This document shows, piece after piece, positions 56,654-64,000 of a stretch of 64,000 bases of DNA. Location: NCBI GenBank assembly GCA_016235265.1, contig JACRLI010000014.1, forward strand, positions 247,405 to 311,404, in the 5' to 3' direction. This stretch comes from Candidatus Eiseniibacteriota bacterium (GTDB lineage: Bacteria > Eisenbacteria > RBG-16-71-46 > JACRLI01). The first letter of the stretch is position 1; each line of letters opens with the position of its first letter. The notes under the pieces were generated by a model, which was not told the DNA's origin, ran no database searches, and saw only the letters and a program-made list of their open reading frames with translations. The position numbers were made by a program, and so were the translations under genes.

Positions 56654-58750
56654 CTACGGAAGCAGGGCGATCCGTGTCGTGCGAACGGTCGTCGCCGCCT
56701 GGGAGCGGGCCACGGCCCGCACGAAGTACAGGCCCGCGGCGCACCGCGCGCCGCCCGCGCCGCGGCCGTCCCAGTTGAGGGTGCGCGTGCCCGCGGGGAG
56801 GCTTCCGCGGTGCGGCTGCGCCACGGCGCGCCCGGCGAGATCGTAGACCGTGACCTCGACGTCGGCGGCGGAGGTCAGCCGGAGTTCGAATTCCAGCGGG
56901 CCGCGCGCCGGGTTGCGCAGCGCCGCGAGCGCGAGGGTCGAGGGCGGGGTGTCCCCCGGGGCGGGGACCCCCATGGGGTACACCGGTGCCGCGGTCACCA
57001 GGATCATGCCGCTGTAGCCACCGATCACGGCCTCGGTCAGCGGCTGGCCATTGTTGGTCATGGGGTCCTGGTCTCCGAACAGGCGGTAGTAGGTCCGGCC
57101 CAGGGGCAGCGTGACACTGGGGCTGCTGGAGTTCACCAGCACCGTTCCGTTGTGAAAGTCCCGCCGGTACACGCTGGACGTGCCGCGCTGTAATCGCACG
57201 TCGTCCGCCCACACGTCCACCGCCTGCTGCCCGAACTGCAATTGGATATTTGCCTGGACCGACCCGGCGGTGTTGTTGAACGCGACTTGGTATTGCTGCC
57301 ACGCCGTTCCCAGGGTCACCGGCGTGTAGCAGAGGATGGTGTAGGGGCTGGCGACGCGCTGGACATGCACCCACATGGTCCGCGGCGCGGCGGCCTTCGC
57401 CCAGAACGTGGCCGACCAGGTGCCATTCGAGGTCAGCGTCACCGTTTGCTGCAGGTGCACCTGGCTGCCGCCGGCAGTGGCCGACGGGATCAGCCCGTGC
57501 GCGGAAACGAGGCCCTCGGTGTGCGTGGAGGCGTCCGTCACCCAGGTGCCCCCCAGGTTGTAGGCATGCCAGCCGGTGAACCCGGACTCGAAGCCGGTGT
57601 TGGTCAGCACGTTGGCCGTGGAGAGGATCCCGATCTGCTGATACAGGCTCCCCAGCGGCTGCCCCAGGTATCCCGCGCCGCGCCCGCCGCCGTCGTACTC
57701 GTCGTACCAGAAGTCGCTCACCAGCAGCGTGTCCACCCGCGGGTCGAACATGAAGTACCCGTTGCCGAGCAGCGTGCTGGCCAGGCAGTAGCGCATGAAG
57801 GCGATGTTCGTCGGGTCGTACTGGGCCGGCGGGGGGGCGGAGGTGCTGTAGATGAAGTTGAAGCGGGGCGCCAGGTACTTCTGCTCGTTCACCAGGTATC
57901 CGCCGGAGGTGGAGAACATGTTGGCGGTCCAGGAGCCCGCGCGGGGGAAGTCCTCGCGCATCCAGCCGTTCATGGTGGTCCACTTGGAGCTGTAGGCGCA
58001 GTTGCCGACGAACGTGGTCTGCCACCCGATCCGCCGTCGCACCTTCGCCGCCAGCGAGTCGGTGGCCGTCTTCCAGATGGGGTCGAACACCGCCTGCGCA
58101 TCCGGCTGGCCGTCACGGTTCAGGTCTATGCTCTGGCCGGCGTACGCCTGCTTCCACCATATGGACTCGCAGAAATCGTCCAGGAACAGGCCGTCCCACA
58201 GCCCGCTCGACATCACCCGCTGCTGGAAGAACGCGGCGAGGCTGTCCTGGACCACCGGGTTGGTGAGGTCGAAGGTGTGCCCGAAAAAGCTGAACGGGGT
58301 CCCGGAAGTGTTGTGCAGCCACCAGTCGTGCGACTGGAACATGCGCCAGCAGTCGCCGTAGATGTTCCCCACCGGGTACAGCGAGCCGTCCCACATGAAG
58401 TCGGCGGGAAAGTAGGCCAGCAGGACGATCTTCGGGTTGAGCGTCCGCAGCTGCCGCAGCCGCCCGGCCAGCCGCTCGGTGGCCGGGCTGGACGGGATCA
58501 CCGCCAGGTTGAAGCGGGCCAGCTTCGCGACCATGGCGTCGGAGTCCAGCTGGTGGCCGTCGCTGGAGAGGGTCATGTACGCGGCGACGTGCGGAAAGTC
58601 CGGAGTGGTGGAGGTGTCCACCAGGATCGGCGGGCCGATCGGCCCGGGCGCGTCCGCGGCTGCGGGACGCGCCATGGGGAGGAGGGCCGCGCAGGCCGCC
58701 AGGGCAAACGCAGACAGGACACGTCGGATCGTGCCGGGCGCTGCAGGCAT
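56654..58750 (-). CDS. secreted putative glycoside hydrolase-like protein, paralogue 2, with T9SS C-terminal sorting domain (por_secre_tail / FlgD-Ig-like)
   Basis: Start at ATG 58750 (MPAAPGTIRRVLSAFALAACAALLPMARPAAA signal peptide). The catalytic-like region is collinear with paralogue 1. C-terminus LRNPARGPLEFELRLTSAADVEVTVYDLAGRAVAQPHRGSLPAGTRTLNWDGRGAGGARCAAGLYFVRAV matches the T9SS C-terminal domain consensus. Confidence 0.75.
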   Translation of the reverse strand: MPAAPGTIRRVLSAFALAACAALLPMARPAAADAPGPIGPPILVDTSTTPDFPHVAAYMTLSSDGHQLDSDAMVAKLARFNLAVIPSSPATERLAGRLRQLRTLNPKIVLLAYFPADFMWDGSLYPVGNIYGDCWRMFQSHDWWLHNTSGTPFSFFGHTFDLTNPVVQDSLAAFFQQRVMSSGLWDGLFLDDFCESIWWKQAYAGQSIDLNRDGQPDAQAVFDPIWKTATDSLAAKVRRRIGWQTTFVGNCAYSSKWTTMNGWMREDFPRAGSWTANMFSTSGGYLVNEQKYLAPRFNFIYSTSAPPPAQYDPTNIAFMRYCLASTLLGNGYFMFDPRVDTLLVSDFWYDEYDGGGRGAGYLGQPLGSLYQQIGILSTANVLTNTGFESGFTGWHAYNLGGTWVTDASTHTEGLVSAHGLIPSATAGGSQVHLQQTVTLTSNGTWSATFWAKAAAPRTMWVHVQRVASPYTILCYTPVTLGTAWQQYQVAFNNTAGSVQANIQLQFGQQAVDVWADDVRLQRGTSSVYRRDFHNGTVLVNSSSPSVTLPLGRTYYRLFGDQDPMTNNGQPLTEAVIGGYSGMILVTAAPVYPMGVPAPGDTPPSTLALAALRNPARGPLEFELRLTSAADVEVTVYDLAGRAVAQPHRGSLPAGTRTLNWDGRGAGGARCAAGLYFVRAVARSQAATTVRTTRIALLP

Positions 58751-58928
58751 GAGTACGCTCTCGCTGCGGGGCGGCGGTTGAGTTGCTCGTGGGAGGCGTT
58801 GTCCGGTCCTGGGCCAGTGGGGGGCCGGGAGCTGTCCATCGCGCGGAGGGACTCCGCGCATGTGAAGAGGAACACGCGCGCAAGGGCGAGTCAAGGAGCA
58901 TTACCCTGAGACCCCGCGCTCAGCGCCG

Positions 58929-58957
58929 TTGACACCCCTCCGCACCCGCCCTAGACT
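58929..58957 (+). promoter_or_regulatory. sigma70-type promoter of the cytochrome gene
   Basis: TTGACA (58929-58934), 17 nt, TAGACT (58952-58957), followed by SD AAGGAGAT and ATG at 58991. Confidence 0.6.
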
Positions 58958-58990
58958 TTTCCCGTACCTGCCGCCAAGGAGATACCGCCG

Positions 58991-59146
58991 ATGCGTTTGC
59001 GCCTTTCGTTGCAGATTATTCTGGGAGTCCTCGTGGTCCTGCTGGCCAGCGTGACCGGCAAGGCTGGCGACACGCCCACTGCGCCCAACAAGCTCGGGAT
59101 CGTCATCACCACGGACTGCTGGTCCGAGCTCAAGGCCTGTGGCTGA
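58991..59146 (+). other. signal-peptide-encoding 5' segment of the cytochrome gene, ended by an in-frame TGA (59144-59146)
   Basis: MRLRLSLQIILGVLVVLLASVTGKAGDTPTAPNKLGIVITTDCWSELKACG*; same reading frame as the 59168..60367 ORF. Not in the ORF track (under 60 aa). Confidence 0.7.
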
Positions 59147-59167
59147 CACTCCGGCCAAAAGGGCGGG

Positions 59168-60367
59168 GTGGCCCGGCGGGCCTCCTTTATCGATTCGACC
59201 ACGGCACTGACCAGCAACCTCCTGCTCCTCGACGGGGGCAACCTCTTCGAGACCAACGAGGCGTTCCAGCTCGAGCGCGGCTTGTTCCTGATGCGCATGA
59301 TGGCGCGAATGGGCTACCACGCCATCGGCGTGGGAGAGAAGGACCTGGCCTACGGCGTCCAGATGTACAAGGACAGCGCGCTGGCGCTGGGCCTGCTTCC
59401 GGTCTCGGCCAACCTGGTGGACCGCGGCACGCACAAGCTGCTCTTCCAGCCGTACAGCATCGAGACGGTGTCGGGCATCAAGGTGGGCGTGTTCAGCGTG
59501 CTGTCGCCGCAGAACGGGTACACCCCTTCGCCCATCTCCGGTAAGAAGGACTCGCTGGAGTACCTGGACGTGGAGCCGACGGTGCGCCGGATGGTCAATG
59601 AGCTGCGGCCGAAGGTGCAGGTGCTGGTGGGCATGCTGAACGTGGGCAACCGTGAGGCGGACGCGCTGGCCGCCAAGATCCCCGGCCTGGACGTGGTGAT
59701 CGTGGGCGGGCAGGGGCCGCAGGTCATCTCGCGCGGGGCCACCGCCGGCACGGCCACCGTGGTGTCGGCGGGCATCCGCGGGCAGCACGCGGCGCGCGCG
59801 CTGGTGACGCTCGAGGCGGGCAAGGTGACGGCGGTCACCTCGGAGAGCACGCCGCTGGACGCGCGCTACCCCGAGCAGGACGTCTACGCCAACCTGGTCA
59901 AGTCATTCGAGGACAGCCTCAACGCCCGGGTGGCCAAGCGCCAGCGCGAAATTGACATGGTGGAGGCGCGCAAGCGCGGGGTGGACCATTATCTCGGGCG
60001 CGAGGCCTGCGTGGACTGCCACAAGGCCGCCTACGACAAGTGGATCGGCTCCCCTCACGCGCGGGCCTTCGACACCCTGGTCAAGCGCCGCAAGGAGATC
60101 GTGGCCGACTGCGTCCCCTGCCACGTCACGGGCTACCGCGAGAACGGCGGCTACTTCAGCTCGCAGAACCCGGGTATCGAGATCAACGGCCAGATGCGGC
60201 GGATGGAAGGGGTGCAGTGCGAGGCCTGCCACGGCATGGGCACCGAGCACAACACCGGCGACCCCGCCTTCGTGAACGGCGCCCGGGCTTCGTGCACGCG
60301 CTGCCACAACGCGGACCAGTCCCCGAAGTTCAATTACGCGAAGTACTGGGCCCGGATCGCGCACTAG
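59168..60367 (+). CDS. tetraheme c-type cytochrome fused to a degenerate metallophosphoesterase / 5'-nucleotidase-like N-terminal domain; probably the body of a 58991..60367 gene interrupted by an in-frame TGA (possible pseudogene or recoding)
   Basis: Four CxxCH haem-binding motifs (CVDCH, CVPCH, CEACH, CTRCH). The N-terminal region is collinear with calcineurin-like phosphoesterase motifs, but the metal ligands are substituted (TDCW, LLLDGGN, GVGEKD). The ORF itself has no signal peptide; that lies upstream of the TGA. Confidence 0.65.
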   Translation: MARRASFIDSTTALTSNLLLLDGGNLFETNEAFQLERGLFLMRMMARMGYHAIGVGEKDLAYGVQMYKDSALALGLLPVSANLVDRGTHKLLFQPYSIETVSGIKVGVFSVLSPQNGYTPSPISGKKDSLEYLDVEPTVRRMVNELRPKVQVLVGMLNVGNREADALAAKIPGLDVVIVGGQGPQVISRGATAGTATVVSAGIRGQHAARALVTLEAGKVTAVTSESTPLDARYPEQDVYANLVKSFEDSLNARVAKRQREIDMVEARKRGVDHYLGREACVDCHKAAYDKWIGSPHARAFDTLVKRRKEIVADCVPCHVTGYRENGGYFSSQNPGIEINGQMRRMEGVQCEACHGMGTEHNTGDPAFVNGARASCTRCHNADQSPKFNYAKYWARIAH

Positions 60368-60378
60368 CGGGAGGAGCA

Positions 60379-61758
60379 TTGGACCTGTCCAAAGTGAAGT
60401 TTGCCCCGGATGTCCTGGGCTGCGTGGGGAACACGCCGCTGATCCGCCTGAACCGCGTGACCCGCGGGTGCGCGGCCACCGTCCTGGGCAAGCTGGAATC
60501 CACCAATCCCGGCGGCAGCGTGAAGGACCGCATCGGGCTGGCCATGGTGGAGGACGCCGAGAGGCAGGGCCTGCTCAAGCCCGGCGGGATGATCGTGGAG
60601 TGCACCTCGGGCAACACCGGGGTGGGCCTGGCCATCGTGGCGGCGGTGAAGGGCTACCGGGCGGTGTTCGTGATGCCCGACAAGGTGAGCGAAGAGAAGC
60701 GCCAGTTGCTGCGCGCCTACGGCGCCCAGGTGGTGATCTGCCCCACCGCGGTCCCGCCCGATTCCCCCGAGAGCTACTACGAGGTGGCCAAGCGCATTCA
60801 CCGCGAAACCCCCGGAGCCTGCCTCACCAACCAGTACCACAACATGGCCAACCCGGAGGCGCACTACCGCAGCACCGGTCCCGAGATCTGGGAGCAGACC
60901 GGCGGGCAGGTGACGCACCTCGTGGGGGGCATGGGCACCGGCGGCACCATCAGCGGCACGGCGCGCTACCTCAAGGAGAAGAACCCCCGCGTGAAGGTGG
61001 TCGGCGCGGACCCCGAGGGCTCCATCCTGTGCGAGTACTTCTACAAGAAGACCATGGGGGAGGCGCGGCCCTACAAGGTGGAAGGCATCGGCGAGGACTT
61101 CCTGCCCGGCGCGCTCGACTTCAACATGCTCGACGACATCCTGACCGTCTCCGACCGTGAATCGCTCAACATGGCGCGCCGGGTGTCCCGCGAGGAGGGG
61201 ATCCTGGTGGGCGGCTCCTGCGGCACCGCCGTGGTCGCCGCGCTCAGGATCGCGGCGAAGGGCACCAAGGACGACCTGATCGTGGTCATCCTGCCCGACA
61301 CCGGCGAGCGCTACCTCAGCAAGGTGCACTCCGACGACTGGATGCGCGAGAACCGCATGCTGGACCCCGACACGGTGCTGGTGGACCAGGTGATCCGCGG
61401 CAAGCGACTTTCAGTGCCGCAGCTGGTCACGGTTCAGAGCGGCCACCCGCTGAGCGAGGCGCTGCACCTGATCCAGCAGTACGACATTTCGCTGGTGCCG
61501 GTGATGAAGAACGGCCAGGTGGTGGGCACCTTGAACGACGCCGACGTGCTGGGCGCGGCCCTGGAGGATCTGGAATCCCTGCACCGGCCGGTGGACAGCG
61601 TCATGACCGACCCGCTGCCGCGGATCGCGCGCGACGCCAGCCTGACCGAGGCCAAACGCATGCTCGCGCGCCGCACCCCGGCGCTCCTGGTGACCGACCA
61701 GTCCGACGTGGTCGGCATTCTCACGCGGTTCGACATCATCGAATACGAGGCGGCCTGA
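60379..61758 (+). CDS. cystathionine beta-synthase (PLP-dependent CysK/CBS fold + C-terminal CBS-domain pair)
   Basis: TTG start at 60379 after GGGAGGAG; GNTPLIRL, the PLP-lysine context SVKDRIG, and a GTGGT loop; two C-terminal CBS domains. Confidence 0.85.
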   Translation: MDLSKVKFAPDVLGCVGNTPLIRLNRVTRGCAATVLGKLESTNPGGSVKDRIGLAMVEDAERQGLLKPGGMIVECTSGNTGVGLAIVAAVKGYRAVFVMPDKVSEEKRQLLRAYGAQVVICPTAVPPDSPESYYEVAKRIHRETPGACLTNQYHNMANPEAHYRSTGPEIWEQTGGQVTHLVGGMGTGGTISGTARYLKEKNPRVKVVGADPEGSILCEYFYKKTMGEARPYKVEGIGEDFLPGALDFNMLDDILTVSDRESLNMARRVSREEGILVGGSCGTAVVAALRIAAKGTKDDLIVVILPDTGERYLSKVHSDDWMRENRMLDPDTVLVDQVIRGKRLSVPQLVTVQSGHPLSEALHLIQQYDISLVPVMKNGQVVGTLNDADVLGAALEDLESLHRPVDSVMTDPLPRIARDASLTEAKRMLARRTPALLVTDQSDVVGILTRFDIIEYEAA

Positions 61759-62918
61759 TGGGTTTCTCCACCGACGCGATCCACGCCGGCAACGCGCCCG
61801 ACCCCCGCACCGGGGCGGTCTCGGTCCCGATCTTCCAGACCTCCACCTACGCCCAGGCCGAGCTGGGCAAGTCCAGCGGCTACGAGTATGCCCGCACCGC
61901 CAACCCCACCCGGCACGCGCTCGAGGAGAACCTCGCGGTGCTGGAGAAGGGGATCAAGGGGTTCGCGTTCTCCTCCGGCATGTCGGCCATCTCCACCGTG
62001 CTGTACCTGCTCAAGGGCGGGGACCACGTGGTGGCCTCGCACAACATGTACGGCGGCACCTACCGGCTGTTCGAGTACATCCTGAAGGGCTACGGGATCC
62101 AGTTCACCTACGTGGACACCTCGGATGCCGCCTCGGTGGAGCGGGCCTTCACGCCGGAGACGAAGCTGCTGTTCGTGGAGTCGCCCACCAACCCGCTCAT
62201 GGTGCTCTCGGACCTCAAGGCGCTGGCCCGGCTGGCGCGGGCCCGCGGCGCCTGGATGGCCGTGGACAATACCTTCATGACCCCCTATTACCAGCGCCCG
62301 CTGGAACTTGGAGCGCACCTGGCGGTGCACAGCACCACCAAGTACCTCAACGGCCACAGCGACATGGTCGGCGGGGCGGTGATCACCTCGGAGCCGGAAC
62401 TGGCCGAGCGCCTGGGCTTCCTCCAGAACGCCGTCGGGGCGGTCCCGGGCCCCATGGACTGTTACCTGGTGCTCCGGGGCATCAAGACCCTGGCCCTCCG
62501 GATGGAACGGCACACCGCCAACGCGATGAAGATCGCCACCTTCCTGGACAGGCACCCGGCCGTCCAGAAGGTCTTCTACCCGGGTCTGCCCGGCCATCCG
62601 CAGCACGCCCTGGCCCGGACCCAGATGTCCGGCTTCGGGGGGATGCTGGCGATCGAGACCGGCTCCCTGGAGGCCGGCCGCCGGCTCCTCAACCAGGTCC
62701 GCCTGTTCACCCTGGCCGAGAGCCTGGGAGGGGTGGAAAGCCTGATTTCCCACCCCGCTTCCATGACCCACGCGCTGGTGCCGAAGGCGGAACGGGAGAA
62801 GTGGGGCTTCACCGACGGGCTGGTCCGGCTCTCCGTGGGGGTGGAGGACATCGAGGACCTGCTGGCCGACCTGGAGCAGGCGCTCCGGGCGGTGCAGCCC
62901 GTGGCCGGCGAGGCCTGA
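61758..62918 (+). CDS. cystathionine gamma-lyase / gamma-synthase family (Cys/Met metabolism PLP-dependent enzyme)
   Basis: YARTANPT, FSSGMSAI, STTKYLNGHSDMVGG (PLP-lysine). Start overlaps the CBS stop (TGATG). Confidence 0.9.
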   Translation: MGFSTDAIHAGNAPDPRTGAVSVPIFQTSTYAQAELGKSSGYEYARTANPTRHALEENLAVLEKGIKGFAFSSGMSAISTVLYLLKGGDHVVASHNMYGGTYRLFEYILKGYGIQFTYVDTSDAASVERAFTPETKLLFVESPTNPLMVLSDLKALARLARARGAWMAVDNTFMTPYYQRPLELGAHLAVHSTTKYLNGHSDMVGGAVITSEPELAERLGFLQNAVGAVPGPMDCYLVLRGIKTLALRMERHTANAMKIATFLDRHPAVQKVFYPGLPGHPQHALARTQMSGFGGMLAIETGSLEAGRRLLNQVRLFTLAESLGGVESLISHPASMTHALVPKAEREKWGFTDGLVRLSVGVEDIEDLLADLEQALRAVQPVAGEA

Positions 62919-62978
62919 TATTCGTGATTTTTTCGGCTAAGTTCTTGACAACATTGGGGATAGGTGGGGAAAAAAGTC

Positions 62979-63007
62979 CTTGACACCCCAAGGGTCATTG
63001 CCTATCC
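62979..63007 (+). promoter_or_regulatory. candidate sigma70 promoter (TTGACA-17-TATCCT) for the small lipoprotein gene; a second CTTGACA box lies at 62943-62949
   Basis: TTGACA at 62979-62984, 17-nt spacer, TATCCT at 63002-63007. Leaves a leader of about 215 nt. Confidence 0.45.
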
Positions 63008-63227
63008 TGCGGCCTTGTTGAGTGGATGGGGTTTCCTGTGCCCCGGGTAGTGACATCCTGCTGAGCAGCCGACCTGAGATTCCTCTGTGGCGCCCGGTAC
63101 GTCCAACATGGCGGCGCGTGGCACAAGGAATGTGCGTCAGACGGTACTGAGATCACCGAATTCCAAGCGACAGCTTCGGTTCAGCACCCGTCGTTCAACA
63201 AAATACACTCTGAAGGAGGTGAGCTAG

Positions 63228-63434
63228 GTGATCAAGAAGCTTGCGGCATTTTTCCTGATGGCGATCCTGACCGTTGCTCTCGCCACCGCCATGGGTTGTG
63301 GGAAGAAGGCGGAGGAGGGCACCACCACCGAGGGTACCACCACCGAGGCGACGACGAGCACGACCACTCCTGCCCCGGCGGAGTCCGGCGCTGCTACGAC
63401 TCCTGCCCCGGCGGACACGGCTGCTCATCAGTAG
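63228..63434 (+). CDS. small Thr/Pro-rich lipoprotein
   Basis: GTG after AAGGAGGT; signal plus lipobox (LATAMGC); mature part EGTTTEGTTTEATTSTTTPAPAESGAATTPAPADTAAHQ. Confidence 0.6.
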   Translation: MIKKLAAFFLMAILTVALATAMGCGKKAEEGTTTEGTTTEATTSTTTPAPAESGAATTPAPADTAAHQ

Positions 63435-63487
63435 TTCGACTCCCCGTCCGGCACTCGTTTCGTCTGGACGCACAGAGTCTCGATATT

Positions 63488-63532
63488 GCGAGAGGGTGGG
63501 TGGCATGCACTCGCCCTCTTCGCATTTTTTTT
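63488..63532 (+). terminator. rho-independent terminator
   Basis: GCGAGAGGG...CCCTCTTCGC stem followed by TTTTTTTT (63525-63532). Confidence 0.75.
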
Positions 63533-63584
63533 GCCCCCCGGGCGGGGCTCAGCCCGGTCCGGTGCTCCACCTGGAGGCTTCCCA

Positions 63585-64000
63585 TTGGCCAATGAGAGTT
63601 CCTTCGACGTGGTGTCCCGCGTGGACCTGCAGGAACTGAAGAACGCCGTCCAGCAGGCCCAGAAGGAGATGAGCCAGCGCTTCGACTTCAAGGCCAGCGC
63701 CAGTTCCATCGAGCTGGCCGAGGAGGAGAAGCTGGTGCTGGTCTCCGACGACGAGCACAAGCTCAAGTCGGTGGTGGACATCGTCCAGGGCAAGCTCATC
63801 AAGCGCGGCATCTCGCTGAAGTGCATGGACTACGGCCCGGTGGTGCCGGCCCAGAAGGGCACCGTCCGCCAGGAGATCACCCTCGCCTCCGGCCTGGAGG
63901 GCGAGCTGGCCCGCGAGATCGTCAAGGACATCAAGGGCCTCAAGTTGAAGGTGCAGGCGGCCATCCAGGAGGACCAGGTGCGGGTCAGCGGGAAGGTGAA
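63585..64000 (+). CDS. yajQ: YajQ family nucleotide (c-di-GMP)-binding protein, 3' truncated by window edge
   Basis: Hand translation from TTG 63585 after GGAGG: (M)ANESSFDVVSRVDLQELKNAVQQAQKEMSQRFDFKASASSIELAEEEKLVLVSDDEHKLKSVVDIVQGKLIKRGISLKCMDYG... Not in the ORF track (no stop in window). Confidence 0.75.
   Translation, partial: MANESSFDVVSRVDLQELKNAVQQAQKEMSQRFDFKASASSIELAEEEKLVLVSDDEHKLKSVVDIVQGKLIKRGISLKCMDYGPVVPAQKGTVRQEITLASGLEGELAREIVKDIKGLKLKVQAAIQEDQVRVSGKV

Overview
This is a high-GC (about 70%) bacterial chromosomal window, and almost every long antisense or alternative-frame ORF in the track is a GC artefact. All gene calls rest on hand reading of motifs in the six-frame translations; no searches were run. 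The organism looks Gram-negative and FCB-group/Gemmatimonadota-like: there is an LptD homologue, a PorY/PorX-like two-component pair, and a secreted protein carrying a T9SS (por_secre_tail-like) C-terminal sorting domain.

Gene content, left to right:
- **1-6100, minus strand:** an organic-acid gene cluster read in mRNA order as HD hydrolase, PrpD-family dehydratase, fused LeuC/LeuD-like aconitase-family dehydratase, IDH/IPMDH-family dehydrogenase, then a CitD-CitE fusion cut by the window edge. REP-like hairpins sit directly after two of the stop codons.
- **6076-12567, plus strand:** a TetR-regulated tripartite RND efflux operon (TetR, TolC-like channel, membrane-fusion adaptor, RND pump) with a perfect sigma70 promoter and a palindromic operator.
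- **12568-14713:** a small secreted hypothetical protein and a BNR-repeat protein carrying an in-gene 39-bp tandem repeat.
- **14794-18505, minus strand:** a biotin carboxylase, BCCP and methylmalonyl-CoA mutase catalytic-subunit operon.
- **18605-29322, all minus strand, about 10.7 kb:** a lower-GC defence island. It reads hsdM, abiEi, abiEii, an uncharacterised 359-aa protein with a C-terminal HTH, hsdS, then hsdR carrying a C-terminal AlbA_2/Schlafen-like domain. The genes are chained by ATGA overlaps. A stand-alone TIR-like (COG4271-type) protein sits on the hsdM side of the island.
- **29323-29917:** a roughly 600-bp non-coding stretch.
- **29918-54473, plus strand:** housekeeping genes. 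These are yajC, def, a hypothetical protein, fmt, rsmB, a PASTA protein, rpe, an S9 peptidase, pyk, ffh, rpsP, serS, a PorY/PorX-like two-component pair, tsaE, tsaB, rimI, accD, folC and lptD.
- **54624-58750, minus strand:** two tandem paralogous secreted glycoside-hydrolase-like proteins; only one has the T9SS C-terminal domain.
- **58991-60367:** a tetraheme cytochrome c fused to a degenerate 5'-nucleotidase-like domain. It has its own good promoter, Shine-Dalgarno and signal peptide, but an in-frame TGA separates the signal peptide from the body.
- **60379-64000:** a CBS plus CGL transsulfuration pair, a small Thr-rich lipoprotein with a long 5' leader and an intrinsic terminator, and the 5' part of yajQ.

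The best candidate for a new system is the defence island with its embedded uncharacterised components.
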